Under the pieces are notes generated by a model that saw nothing but the letters and a program-made list of their open reading frames with translations, was not told where the DNA came from and made no database searches. Below are positions 30,577 through 39,567 of a stretch of 64,000 bases of DNA, piece by piece. The stretch covers positions 6,161 to 70,160 of the forward strand of contig CANQCR010000006.1 of NCBI GenBank assembly GCA_947589735.1, in the 5' to 3' direction. The translations under genes and the position numbers were made by a program. The stretch comes from an uncultured Bacilli bacterium (GTDB lineage Bacteria; Bacillota_I; Bacilli_A; RF39; UBA660). Numbering within the stretch: position 1 is the first letter of the stretch; every line of letters starts with the position of its first letter.

Positions 30577-31512
30577 TTATTTCAAGCTTAATAAAGCATC
30601 ACTTAAAAGTTTATCTAACATTGGGATATCAATATAAAGAAGAGCTACAGCTAAAGCACAAAATAAACCGCATAGTAGTAATAATTTCTTTTCTTTGTAA
30701 AGTTTTTCAGGCTTTTGAACAGCTGAATCTGATTTAAAACTTATATGTAAATAATAGCAATATAAAATACACATAAAAGGAATACATAAAACAAGTTCAA
30801 TACGATATTTAATTAAAAAGGTTGTAAATAAGAAGATAGATACAAGAGCATAGAAAATAGAAGACAAAAGCAAACTATTTTCAGTATACTTCGCAAATGA
30901 TTTACGATATAAAGATGCTTGCTCTGGATCATTAATCATCCGATATTCAGCATATCTTTTTATACCCATCAAAAAGGCACCAAACATCCAATAACCTAAA
31001 ACGATACTTACTGGTGGTAGATAAACATCTGTAATGATAAACCAACCAAGTAATAATCTTAAAGCATTATTAACAGATTCACTAATAACATCTAAAAATG
31101 GAACATCTTTCGTACGCATTGGTTTAACATTATACAAAACACCCATTATTAATAAAACTAAATCCGTAATAAAGAATGGGAAAGATACAAACCAAGCAAA
31201 TAATAAACCAATAACAGCTAAAATGGCATATTCAATATAAATAATACTTTTCTTAACATTTTGGCTTACTAAAGGACGATTCTTTTTCGTTGGATGATAC
31301 TTATCAAACTCGGCATCTAAATATTCATTAATAACATAATTAGCAGATGCCACAAAACAAGTTCCAAGGAAACCTAAAATAATATTGTAAATAACATTAA
31401 CATCAAACTTAAAATTATCAATTAAAATAACAGCAATTAAAATTCCTGGCACAATAAATAATTGCTTTATCCAATGATCTGGTCTTGCTATTCTTACATA
31501 TGGATTTTTCAT
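30577..31512 (-). CDS. UbiA-family prenyltransferase (decaprenyl-phosphate phosphoribosyltransferase-like)
   Basis: ANYVINEYLDAEFDKYHPTKKNRP (NxxxD/DxxxD-type motif) and ~8 TM segments. ATG at 31512 preferred. Confidence 0.7.
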   Translation of the reverse strand: MKNPYVRIARPDHWIKQLFIVPGILIAVILIDNFKFDVNVIYNIILGFLGTCFVASANYVINEYLDAEFDKYHPTKKNRPLVSQNVKKSIIYIEYAILAVIGLLFAWFVSFPFFITDLVLLIMGVLYNVKPMRTKDVPFLDVISESVNNALRLLLGWFIITDVYLPPVSIVLGYWMFGAFLMGIKRYAEYRMINDPEQASLYRKSFAKYTENSLLLSSIFYALVSIFLFTTFLIKYRIELVLCIPFMCILYCYYLHISFKSDSAVQKPEKLYKEKKLLLLCGLFCALAVALLYIDIPMLDKLLSDALLSLK

Positions 31513-31683
31513 TAATATCAACTCCTATAATTTTATTTTTACATTTTTCCTTAATAATATGTAAATTGACAATCAATAACATTGTATCAATCATCTACTA
31601 ACTTTGTCAAGATGAGATAGGATAAGTTAGGTTTAAAAAACTATCATCTATCAAGTTAAGAACAGCATTAAAAAATAATTAAA

Positions 31684-32418
31684 TTAATCAAATAATCTTT
31701 GTTGCATCGCATCAGGATCTTCTAAATACATTTTATATGTTTGATATATTTCTGTATCTTTATATTCAATCTTTTTAAAATTGTTGTTTAAATCACGAAT
31801 CTCACCATTACGATAACTGATTAAAATAGGTGAATGCGTTGCAATAATGAATTGACTCCCCTCTTTAACTAATTCATCAATAAGACATAGTAACGTCATC
31901 TGACGCATTGGTGATAGTGCGGCTTCTGGTTCATCTAATATATAAAGACCATGATCGGTAAAACGATTTTGAACAAGTTTGATAAAAGATTCACCATGAG
32001 AACAACTATGAAGGCTCCCACCATATGAATCATATAAATTCGTATACTCATTTTCCGTTACTAACCGGTCCAGTTCCGTAGAAAAATTATAAAAGCTTTC
32101 GGCTCTTAAGAAAAACTTTGTCTTGGCCCGATTATAAGTAGATAAAATTAAATAATCAGATAAATCAGATGTCGTATTGTTAGTAGTAAAATTGAAATTC
32201 TGGGTTCCACCTTCCGCATTTAAGCCCAAAGATACCGCAATAGCTTCGATAAAAGTTGACTTCCCAGTTCCGTTTTCACCGACGAAAAAAGTAACCGGCT
32301 TTGTTAACTTTAACCGGTCAAATGTTTTAACAACATCTAAATTAAAAGGATAACGATCAAACGTTGGAACATCATCACGTTTTAATGTTATCTCTTTAAT
32401 AATTAAATCATTATCCAT
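31684..32418 (-). CDS. stand-alone ABC/SMC-type ATPase (AAA_21/COG3910-like)
   Basis: Walker A GENGTGKST, signature-like SHGES, Walker B LYILDEPEAALS and H-loop ATHSP. SD AGGGGG. Confidence 0.75.
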   Translation of the reverse strand: MDNDLIIKEITLKRDDVPTFDRYPFNLDVVKTFDRLKLTKPVTFFVGENGTGKSTFIEAIAVSLGLNAEGGTQNFNFTTNNTTSDLSDYLILSTYNRAKTKFFLRAESFYNFSTELDRLVTENEYTNLYDSYGGSLHSCSHGESFIKLVQNRFTDHGLYILDEPEAALSPMRQMTLLCLIDELVKEGSQFIIATHSPILISYRNGEIRDLNNNFKKIEYKDTEIYQTYKMYLEDPDAMQQRLFD

Positions 32419-32432
32419 TTATATACCCCCTA

Positions 32433-33980
32433 TTATGATGCCCGTAAAACTTTTTGCTTATTAATTTCATATTGTTTACTTAATTCACTACGCATTTCTT
32501 TTTCCATGTTTCTTTTCGTTTTAAGATCTTTTTCCAACTGATTAAGCATGGCATCTACTTCCTTATAATTAGGTATATATTCGGCATAAGGCGCAAAACG
32601 ATTTTGGAATATTTCTTTTAACGCACCAACTTCGTTTAAAGAATCATCAATTAGACGCATTGTCGTACTAATAGCATCTTCCGTTTGAAATATTTCGCGT
32701 TCAATACTTTGATACTTTTCTTTAATTTGTGTTTTTTCTACCTTTTCAGGAACGAGGCTAGCTTTTAATTCAGTAAGGCCTCTATTTATTAAACCGGTTC
32801 CCAGCATAACACCAAACAAGCGGTGGTTCGTTAACGGTGTTGTTAAAATACCAGCTGTTATTCTTAAGAAAGATGCTAACATCCGGCCCGTTTGGTAAAT
32901 ATATTCCGTTTTTTTAACAATTTCCGTTTCAATTTTACTTAAGTGGTTCCATAACTCAGCAATAATTTTTTGCTGACGGATAACTTCTTCCATAATTTGT
33001 TTTTCAAAATCATCTAAATAAATCGTTTGTTTTTTAGCTTTATCGAAGTCTTCATCACGACTAGTAATTTCCACATTTTTATCGTCAATATCCCCTTTTA
33101 AGGATTCTTTTTTAGCATCCTCTTCAAGAATACCATCGATTTCATCAACTTCTTCTTTACATACATCAACAAGCGTTTCCAATTCATCTAAACGAGCCTT
33201 ATCACGGTAATCGGATATAGCTGTAATAAGAGGAATACTATCTAAAAGGTCATAATCTTCAAAGGCATATTTTTCTTTCATCGCTAAATAGCGACTCTTT
33301 AACGCATCAATTTTTTCCTGTAAAGCCTTATAACGCTCTTCTAATTTTGCCATATCTTCCTTGGTGTGTTGCTCTTCGAGGTCATCTTTAATACCATCAA
33401 TCTCATCCTTTATTTCGGTTAACAATTCTTTACTATCAGAAATAAAAGTTGCGACTTCATCTAATATGACAATTTCATCTTCTCTTTTAGCAATTTCATC
33501 ATCAATCGCGATAACCTCATCAGGTGGCATCATCCCAACTGGAGTTTTAGTACTGATAACTTCATAATAATTAAAATCATCAAAGTTAACATCTTCAACA
33601 CTTGGATCAAATGCCGTAACTTCTTTGCCAAGATTAATAAGTGTTGATAAATCATGTGAAGTTAAAATCGGTTTTTCTTCTAAATCTTGGGCTTGATCTT
33701 TAATTGAACGGGCTTGGGAAGCATTTTTCTGAGGAGGAAAAGCTTCATCATTTAAAGGACGTAAGGTATCCTCTAACACAGCTTTATCCTCTTCATCAAG
33801 GTCTCTAGCACCTAAATCAATATCAAAAGTTTGAAGTTTAGATAAATAATCTTTTATCTTCGAACGATCATCTTTATTATATGAACTTCTTTTTTTCATC
33901 TGGTCCATATAACGACGACGATACATCATACTAATCAACCGGTCATTAACTGAACCTTTAGCTCCTCTACTACCATTCAT
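32433..33980 (-). CDS. large coiled-coil protein with basic N-terminus, acidic middle and C-terminal hydrophobic segment; function unknown
   Basis: 515-aa ORF with SD GAGGGA and a TATAAT about 25 nt upstream. Ends 14 nt before the ATPase gene. Confidence 0.6.
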   Translation of the reverse strand: MNGSRGAKGSVNDRLISMMYRRRYMDQMKKRSSYNKDDRSKIKDYLSKLQTFDIDLGARDLDEEDKAVLEDTLRPLNDEAFPPQKNASQARSIKDQAQDLEEKPILTSHDLSTLINLGKEVTAFDPSVEDVNFDDFNYYEVISTKTPVGMMPPDEVIAIDDEIAKREDEIVILDEVATFISDSKELLTEIKDEIDGIKDDLEEQHTKEDMAKLEERYKALQEKIDALKSRYLAMKEKYAFEDYDLLDSIPLITAISDYRDKARLDELETLVDVCKEEVDEIDGILEEDAKKESLKGDIDDKNVEITSRDEDFDKAKKQTIYLDDFEKQIMEEVIRQQKIIAELWNHLSKIETEIVKKTEYIYQTGRMLASFLRITAGILTTPLTNHRLFGVMLGTGLINRGLTELKASLVPEKVEKTQIKEKYQSIEREIFQTEDAISTTMRLIDDSLNEVGALKEIFQNRFAPYAEYIPNYKEVDAMLNQLEKDLKTKRNMEKEMRSELSKQYEINKQKVLRAS

Positions 33981-34041
33981 AGTTATCCCTCACTGCCATT
34001 AATTATAACATTAATTTCTTTTTTATAAAAGATATTAAGAC

Positions 34042-34067
34042 AAATAAAAAGATAGAATAATCTATCT
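34042..34067 (-). terminator. rho-independent terminator after lepB
   Basis: AGATAGA-ttat-TCTATCT hairpin starting at the TAG stop, followed by TTTTTATTT on the minus strand. Confidence 0.6.
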
Positions 34068-34650
34068 ATTTATCTAGTTTAAGTTTTCCAAAAACTTTGA
34101 AAGGATATAGTCTAAAAGAAGCCGTACCAGAGATTTGATCTTTACTGATTAATCCTAAATAGTTACGACTATCTGATGAGGCCTTTCTGTTATCACCCAT
34201 AACAAAATAGTATCCTTCCGGAATAACAGCATAATTATCAGTTACTTCCTCTAAAGTAAAGTCACTTGTTATACAGTCACTTACAACATCTTTAATCTCT
34301 TTATTGTCAATATACAATTTACAATCTTCATACTTTATATGTTCACCAGGTAAGCCAATAATTCTTTTAATAACTTTCGTATCTTTGGCATTAGCGACAA
34401 CAATATCAAAACGTTTAAATGATTTATCCAACTTATTTAAAAGTAAGATTTCTCCATCTTTTAAATAAGGATACATTGAGTCCCCTTTAACACTAACTGG
34501 CGTTATAATAAAAGTTCTAATTAAAGCAACAACAAAAATAATAACGACATAAGGAACTAATTCTTTAAAGAAGTTACGAACCCGATCAGCAGGATCTAAA
34601 ACCTCTTCTACTACTTCAACCTCTTTTATTTGTTTTTTTTCTTTTGCCAT
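34066..34650 (-). CDS. lepB: signal peptidase I
   Basis: S26 motifs VKGDSMYPYL, VIKRIIGLPGE and VMGDNRKASSDSR. ATG at 34650 after GGTGAT. Confidence 0.9.
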   Translation of the reverse strand: MAKEKKQIKEVEVVEEVLDPADRVRNFFKELVPYVVIIFVVALIRTFIITPVSVKGDSMYPYLKDGEILLLNKLDKSFKRFDIVVANAKDTKVIKRIIGLPGEHIKYEDCKLYIDNKEIKDVVSDCITSDFTLEEVTDNYAVIPEGYYFVMGDNRKASSDSRNYLGLISKDQISGTASFRLYPFKVFGKLKLDK

Positions 34651-34681
34651 TTTTATCACCTATCAAAAAAGGCTTTGCAGC

Positions 34682-35035
34682 CTAATTTCTTTCTTTAATC
34701 TTTGGTGTCTTACTTTGTTTTCTAATATAATTCAATTTAGCTCTTCTTACTTTACCTTTTCTTACCACATTAATAGAATCAATAATTGGTGAGTTAACAG
34801 GGAAAGTCTTCTCAGCACCAACATTACCAGACATTTTTCTTACGGTAAATGTTTTACTAACGCCTGAACCTTTGATAGCCATAACTAGACCTTCAAAGGC
34901 TTGAATTCTTGTTTTTTCAGTACCTTTAGAATCAACTTCTTTAATTTTAAGGTCAACTCTAACAGTATCACCAACTTGAAAATCAGGTACATCAGTACGA
35001 ATTTGTTTATTAGTAATCTTATCTAATAAATTCAC
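34682..35035 (-). CDS. rplS: 50S ribosomal protein L19
   Basis: GTG start. [29 protein letters not shown] and [21 protein letters not shown]. Confidence 0.95.
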   Translation of the reverse strand: MNLLDKITNKQIRTDVPDFQVGDTVRVDLKIKEVDSKGTEKTRIQAFEGLVMAIKGSGVSKTFTVRKMSGNVGAEKTFPVNSPIIDSINVVRKGKVRRAKLNYIRKQSKTPKIKERN

Positions 35036-35107
35036 AATGTCACGCTCCTTTTCTTTACAACGTGATCATAAAGCACACTCCAGCGGATCACATCGATATT
35101 CATTCTA
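35036..35107 (-). promoter_or_regulatory. rplS promoter (-10 TAGAAT) plus structured leader (possible L19 leader)
   Basis: TAGAAT at 35102-35107 (minus strand). The leader contains a GTGATC...GATCAC hairpin ahead of the SD AAAGGAGCG. L19 leaders are known in Bacillota. Confidence 0.4.
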
Positions 35108-35145
35108 CCATATTTTTTTTAAATATACAAGTTTTTTATGCTTTT

Positions 35146-35820
35146 TTAAAAAACGTTTTTCGTTTTAATCTTCTTTTTAAACTTATATAATTTAGCTGGT
35201 TTCTTTCCTTCGAACTTACCTGTTCTTTTCGTATCCTCAATTAAATCTAAATTAAGTAGTTTCTTTCGAAAATTACGACGATCAAACTTTTTGTTTAAAA
35301 TAGCCTCATATGTTTTTTGAATTTCCGGAATCGTAAACTCATTTGGAAATAAAGCTTTTAAAATATCGGTACTGACAATTTTACTTCTTAAATAAACTAA
35401 AGCTTCGGCAAGGATTTCTTCATGATCAAAACCTAAACCAGGGATTTTATCAATCGAAAACCAATCAGCATTTGATGTATTAATTGTCTCTCTTAAAACT
35501 TTAACCCGGCTAGAATCGATAACGCCAATATAAGCTACGGCAATCATCCGCATCACCGGTGAACGATCAACTTTACCAAATGTTTTAAACTGTTCGATAT
35601 CAATATCAGTAATACCCGTCTTCTCATATATTTCCCGTTTAGCGCCGGAATCTAAATCTTCATTATTATATAAAGCCCCACCCGTTAAAATCCAATCGCC
35701 TTTATAAGGTTCATTTTTTCTTTTAACAAGTAAAACTTTTGTTACCCCTTGTTCAACAGTAAAAATAGCTGTTATGACATGTATTCCTTGATTTTTATAT
35801 AACGCATTACTTTTTTTCAT
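35146..35820 (-). CDS. NUDIX domain plus C-terminal winged-helix protein (NrtR-like regulator)
   Basis: NUDIX box GGALYNNEDLDSGAKREIYEKTG, then a C-terminal TIPEIQKTYEAILNKKFDRRNFRKKL winged-helix-like region. Confidence 0.6.
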   Translation of the reverse strand: MKKSNALYKNQGIHVITAIFTVEQGVTKVLLVKRKNEPYKGDWILTGGALYNNEDLDSGAKREIYEKTGITDIDIEQFKTFGKVDRSPVMRMIAVAYIGVIDSSRVKVLRETINTSNADWFSIDKIPGLGFDHEEILAEALVYLRSKIVSTDILKALFPNEFTIPEIQKTYEAILNKKFDRRNFRKKLLNLDLIEDTKRTGKFEGKKPAKLYKFKKKIKTKNVF

Positions 35821-35821
35821 A

Positions 35822-36265
35822 CTATATAGAACTTATTCTTTCTTTAACAACTTTACTTACATAACTCATATCAGCTTTACCAGTAAGTTGTGGGGATAAA
35901 ATTTTCATAATCTTGCCCATATCAGATGGAGCTTGAGGATTAACCTCGCTAAAAGCATCGTCAATAGCCTTTAACACATCTTCTTCTGACATTTGTTCTG
36001 GCATATATTCATTTAAAATAGCGATCTCAGCATTGGCTTCATCGATTAATTCTTGGCGATGGCCTTTTTCAAATTCGATAATTGATTCTTTACGCATCTT
36101 AATTTGCTTACTGATAACAGCGATAACTTCATTATCATCTAATTCTTTTTTCTTATTGATTTCTTCTAGTTGCATTGCACCTTTAATCATTCTTAGAACA
36201 GACAAACGTTCCTTATCTTGATTTTTCATAGCTTGCATTAATTCTTTTAAAATTCTTTCTCTCAT
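35822..36265 (-). CDS. yqeY: GatB/YqeY domain protein
   Basis: Start at the ATG at 36265 (MRERILKELMQAMKNQDK). Typical YqeY sequence, immediately upstream of rpsU as in Bacillus. Confidence 0.8.
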   Translation of the reverse strand: MRERILKELMQAMKNQDKERLSVLRMIKGAMQLEEINKKKELDDNEVIAVISKQIKMRKESIIEFEKGHRQELIDEANAEIAILNEYMPEQMSEEDVLKAIDDAFSEVNPQAPSDMGKIMKILSPQLTGKADMSYVSKVVKERISSI

Positions 36266-36318
36266 AATATCCTCCTTTTTAACAAATAAAGAGCTCAAAG
36301 GGCTCTTTAGGATTAATC

Positions 36319-36513
36319 TTAGTAGTTATTTCTTTCTCTTCGACGAGTATTTTTAATACCCGCATCCTTTTTCTCTCTTCTACGAACGCCTGGTTTTTTA
36401 TATCCATCTTGACGTTCGCGCGCTTTTTTAAGAAGGCCGTCTCGAGCACTTTTCTGTTTCATAGTACGAATGGCACCATCAACATTACCATTTTTTACGA
36501 TTACCTTTGACAA
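36319..36513 (-). CDS. rpsU: 30S ribosomal protein S21
   Basis: TTG at 36513 after AAAGGAGGGAG. SKVIVKNGNVDGAIRTMKQK, then a basic C-terminal tail. Confidence 0.9.
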   Translation of the reverse strand: MSKVIVKNGNVDGAIRTMKQKSARDGLLKKARERQDGYKKPGVRRREKKDAGIKNTRRRERNNY

Positions 36514-36542
36514 TTTTCTCCCTCCTTTCATAAGCTAGCAAT

Positions 36543-36571
36543 ATTATAGCACCATTTATTAGGGTTTTCAA
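36543..36571 (-). promoter_or_regulatory. sigma-A type promoter of rpsU
   Basis: TTGAAA, a 17-nt spacer, then TGcTATAAT (extended -10) on the minus strand. Confidence 0.6.
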
Positions 36572-36589
36572 GAAAAAACTTAGGAATTT

Positions 36590-36622
36590 TAAAAAAAGAA
36601 CCCAACGTTTAATTGGATTCTT
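36590..36622 (-). terminator. rho-independent terminator closing the bacteriocin-like operon
   Basis: 10-bp stem AAGAAUCCAA/UUGGGUUCUU (one G-U pair) followed by T7 on the minus strand, 10 nt after the pepB stop. Confidence 0.75.
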
Positions 36623-36631
36623 TTTAGGAAT

Positions 36632-36799
36632 TTAAATTTTACAACATGATCCTGATAAAAGGCGCCGAACGGCTGTTCCAAAGGCCTGTCCTAATTCAAA
36701 AGACAACTCAGCACCGCGGACAAGGGTTGAAAGTAGACTAGCGGATATGTTAGTACCACCCATTATATCTAATAATTCCCCTTTTGATAATTCTACCAT
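36632..36799 (-). CDS. double-glycine leader peptide B (55 aa precursor, 40 aa predicted mature)
   Basis: My own translation (too short for the ORF track). AAGGAGGG SD, ATG at 36799. MVELSKGELLDIMGG / TNISASLLSTLVRGAELSFELGQAFGTAVRRLLSGSCCKI, TAA at 36632. Confidence 0.7.
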   Translation of the reverse strand: MVELSKGELLDIMGGTNISASLLSTLVRGAELSFELGQAFGTAVRRLLSGSCCKI

Positions 36800-36808
36800 A
36801 ATCCCTCC

Positions 36809-36952
36809 TTAATTACATTTTAATGGTCGAATAAGGCCATCTAAAAAACCAATCGCAAATGGTGTGCCGAAAGCAATGGCCGCAATAACGCCAATACTAA
36901 GTTCAAACCCACCATCAATTTCCTTTAATTCATCAACTTTTAACTCTTCCAC
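36809..36952 (-). CDS. double-glycine leader peptide A (47 aa precursor, 32 aa predicted mature)
   Basis: My own translation. AAAGGTGG, 6 nt, then GTG at 36952. MEELKVDELKEIDGG / FELSIGVIAAIAFGTPFAIGFLDGLIRPLKCN, TAA at 36809. Confidence 0.7.
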   Translation of the reverse strand: MEELKVDELKEIDGGFELSIGVIAAIAFGTPFAIGFLDGLIRPLKCN

Positions 36953-37418
36953 TTCTAACCACCTTTCTTAGTTTATTAGTAAAATATTGATACAAGGTTA
37001 TATCCCCATTATCAATCTTCACTTCTAAAACATTACTATCAAAATTAAGTTCCTTCTCTAATTTGCAATCAAAGAAAGCCTCCCAATACTTAGAAGCATT
37101 GATAAGATAATAATTATCGCTCATCTTGATTAACTGGCAATGAACTTCTTCGTCATTAATGATTAGATAATTGCGATTTTTCTTCTTAAGAAAATCTTCA
37201 TTAACGGTAAACTGAATATAACTATCCTCTTCATTTTTTACTACTTTAGCATAATATATATCATATGATTTAAATCGATAAAACAAACTGATTAACAATA
37301 ATAAAATGCTGCCTATTATTAAAGCACTAATCCAAATGATTATTTTACTTTCTAATTTTTGATTAAAAATAACCCTAGCATTATTAAAAATATCGATTTG
37401 TTCAAGTTTCTCGTGCAT
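36933..37418 (-). CDS. small single-TM protein, possible truncated HlyD/LcnD-type accessory protein or immunity protein
   Basis: 161 aa with an N-terminal cytoplasmic segment, one TM helix, then a soluble domain. Overlaps the ABC gene stop by 17 nt and the pepA start by 20 nt. Confidence 0.5.
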   Translation of the reverse strand: MHEKLEQIDIFNNARVIFNQKLESKIIIWISALIIGSILLLLISLFYRFKSYDIYYAKVVKNEEDSYIQFTVNEDFLKKKNRNYLIINDEEVHCQLIKMSDNYYLINASKYWEAFFDCKLEKELNFDSNVLEVKIDNGDITLYQYFTNKLRKVVRSGRVKS

Positions 37419-39567
37419 TTGTTAAAGCTCCATCTTTTAAGATTAAAGAGGCATCATATAAATCAGCATTTTCGCCTCGATGCGAGACAATTACAATTGT
37501 TTTTTGCCTATATTTTGTAAATAAGTTTTTTAAAATCTCTCGTTCCGTTTTAATATCGACTTGATTTAACCCCTCATCGATAAGTAAAATGTTAAACTTT
37601 TTAAGTAGCGTTCTAGCTAAAACAATTCTTTGCCTCTCACCACCCGACAAATTAAAACCATTTTCTTCAAGCAACATATTAAAACCATTTTTACTCTTTT
37701 TCATAATTTCATCAACATAACACATTTTTACGACTTCATTAACCTTTGAAAAATTAATTGATTGATATAATGTAAGATTATTATATAAAGTATCTGTAAA
37801 TAAATTTTCATTTTGACTGATATAACATATTCCATTAGTTTTCATATAATCATTAATATCGATATCATTTATATAAATGGTATCCCGACTAACTGGGTAG
37901 TATTTCATCAAAACTTTAAGTAAAGTACTTTTACCACTACCACTAGGTCCTAAAATTAAAATCTTCATACCTTTTTTGATGTCTAAATTTAAGTTTTCTA
38001 AAATTAACGTTTCTTGATTATAACTATAATTCAAATTTCTAATTTTTATATCACCTTTATAGATATCATCATTGCCATTATTAATCACACAATAACTAAT
38101 ATCCATTAATCTTTTAAGAGCAAGATCAAACTCACGAATATCTTTTTCTAAACTAACTACACGTTTAATCGGATCAAAAAAATAAGTTAATATGGCACCA
38201 AAAGATAATAGACTACCAAATGTCATTTTTTCATTGATAACTAAAATAGCGCCCATACTATAAATAACTATTAAGCCACTATCAGCGATAAGATTTCGCC
38301 AAAAATGTTGAAATGCTTGCATACAATCGTGTTTATGGGTTTTACGTAGTAACTTAACAAATTTCTTTTCAAAGACATCATCAATGGTATCAGCAATACC
38401 TAAGCCCTTGATTGTCTCAAAATTATTAATTCCTTCTAACATTGTATTAGTAGCTTCAACGTTATCTTTTTTAATCTTTCTAATCGCATCATCAAAATAA
38501 TCTTTAAAAAGAAAATAAATAATAATATATAGAATAAGAATAATAATCGTTAGTAAACATAGTTTACTATTTATTAAAAAAAGGAAAATGAATGAACATA
38601 ACATTAATGGTATATCAATAATAACTGTTAATAATAATTTACTAATTGTGGTTTTAATAACACTAATATCTAAAATGCGGGTAACTAAATCACCAGTCGT
38701 TTTTAAGCGATAATATTTATAAGGAAGCGATAAAATCTTCTTAAAAGTATCCAAAGTTAAAGCAAGATTAATCTTTTCACTCAAAAAGATAAGAATCTTA
38801 GTTTGAAAATACTCCGTGATATTTTTGAGGAACGTTAGAATGATAAAAAGTAAAAGAACTAAGATAATTCCCTCTTGACCTTGATAAGAAGTTATTGATG
38901 AGCTAATACACTCTAAAAAAAATGATCCACCAATGGCAAATATAGTCACAAAAAAAGATAAAAAACAAAGTTGTTTAATTAATTCTGGATGTGTTTTAGT
39001 GATATGGTTGATGAGGTTAAGTTTAAAATTATTTTGTGCTTCCACTGGTATTTCATCTTTAGGATAAAGCAAGATCATTACGCCACTAAAAATAGATTTA
39101 AAAATATCAAAAGACATTTTCATCATTTTGTTAGCTGGATCAGCAATTAACAATGTTTGACGAGCAAAATCAATTTTATAAATGACAACGAAATGACGAT
39201 AAGTATTGTTAATAATAACATTGGCAATGCAAGGTAAAACAATATTATCCTCATTTATTTCATCAAGATTACATTTTACCCCCTTAGCTTCAAAACCGAT
39301 TTCGCTAGCTCCTTTAACGATATGATACGCACTTGTTCCGGTCTCTGTTATATTAAGTAATTCTCTAATTTTTGGTAAACTTAAATAACCCTTATAATAA
39401 CTGATAATCATTTGAAGACAGGCAGCCGCACAATCATATACTTCCTCTTGCTTATAAAACGGATACTTTTTAATTCTATCACCTCCTACTATATTATTAT
39501 TGATATAGCGTGTATTTCCTTTTTTAAATTTAAAAAATTTTGCAAAAAGCAAAATTTTATTTTTCAT
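37402..39567 (-). CDS. bacteriocin/competence-type ABC exporter with N-terminal peptidase C39 domain
   Basis: C39 triad context YDCAAACL (Cys), RHFVVIY (His) and IADP (Asp), a six-TM ABC membrane domain, Walker A GPSGSGKST, LSGGERQR and LLIDEG. Start uncertain: ATG at 39567 or 39594, or an atypical start after the AGGAGGTGA at 39479-39487. Confidence 0.88.
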   Translation of the reverse strand: MKNKILLFAKFFKFKKGNTRYINNNIVGGDRIKKYPFYKQEEVYDCAAACLQMIISYYKGYLSLPKIRELLNITETGTSAYHIVKGASEIGFEAKGVKCNLDEINEDNIVLPCIANVIINNTYRHFVVIYKIDFARQTLLIADPANKMMKMSFDIFKSIFSGVMILLYPKDEIPVEAQNNFKLNLINHITKTHPELIKQLCFLSFFVTIFAIGGSFFLECISSSITSYQGQEGIILVLLLFIILTFLKNITEYFQTKILIFLSEKINLALTLDTFKKILSLPYKYYRLKTTGDLVTRILDISVIKTTISKLLLTVIIDIPLMLCSFIFLFLINSKLCLLTIIILILYIIIYFLFKDYFDDAIRKIKKDNVEATNTMLEGINNFETIKGLGIADTIDDVFEKKFVKLLRKTHKHDCMQAFQHFWRNLIADSGLIVIYSMGAILVINEKMTFGSLLSFGAILTYFFDPIKRVVSLEKDIREFDLALKRLMDISYCVINNGNDDIYKGDIKIRNLNYSYNQETLILENLNLDIKKGMKILILGPSGSGKSTLLKVLMKYYPVSRDTIYINDIDINDYMKTNGICYISQNENLFTDTLYNNLTLYQSINFSKVNEVVKMCYVDEIMKKSKNGFNMLLEENGFNLSGGERQRIVLARTLLKKFNILLIDEGLNQVDIKTEREILKNLFTKYRQKTIVIVSHRGENADLYDASLILKDGALTNARET
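39479..39525 (-). promoter_or_regulatory. conserved ~47-nt element, copy A (GGAAAT-N9-ATCAATAATAATATAGTAGGAGGTGA)
   Basis: The 26-mer at 39479-39504 is identical to 56476-56501. GGAAAT recurs 9 nt further upstream in both copies. The element includes a consensus SD. Confidence 0.5.
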
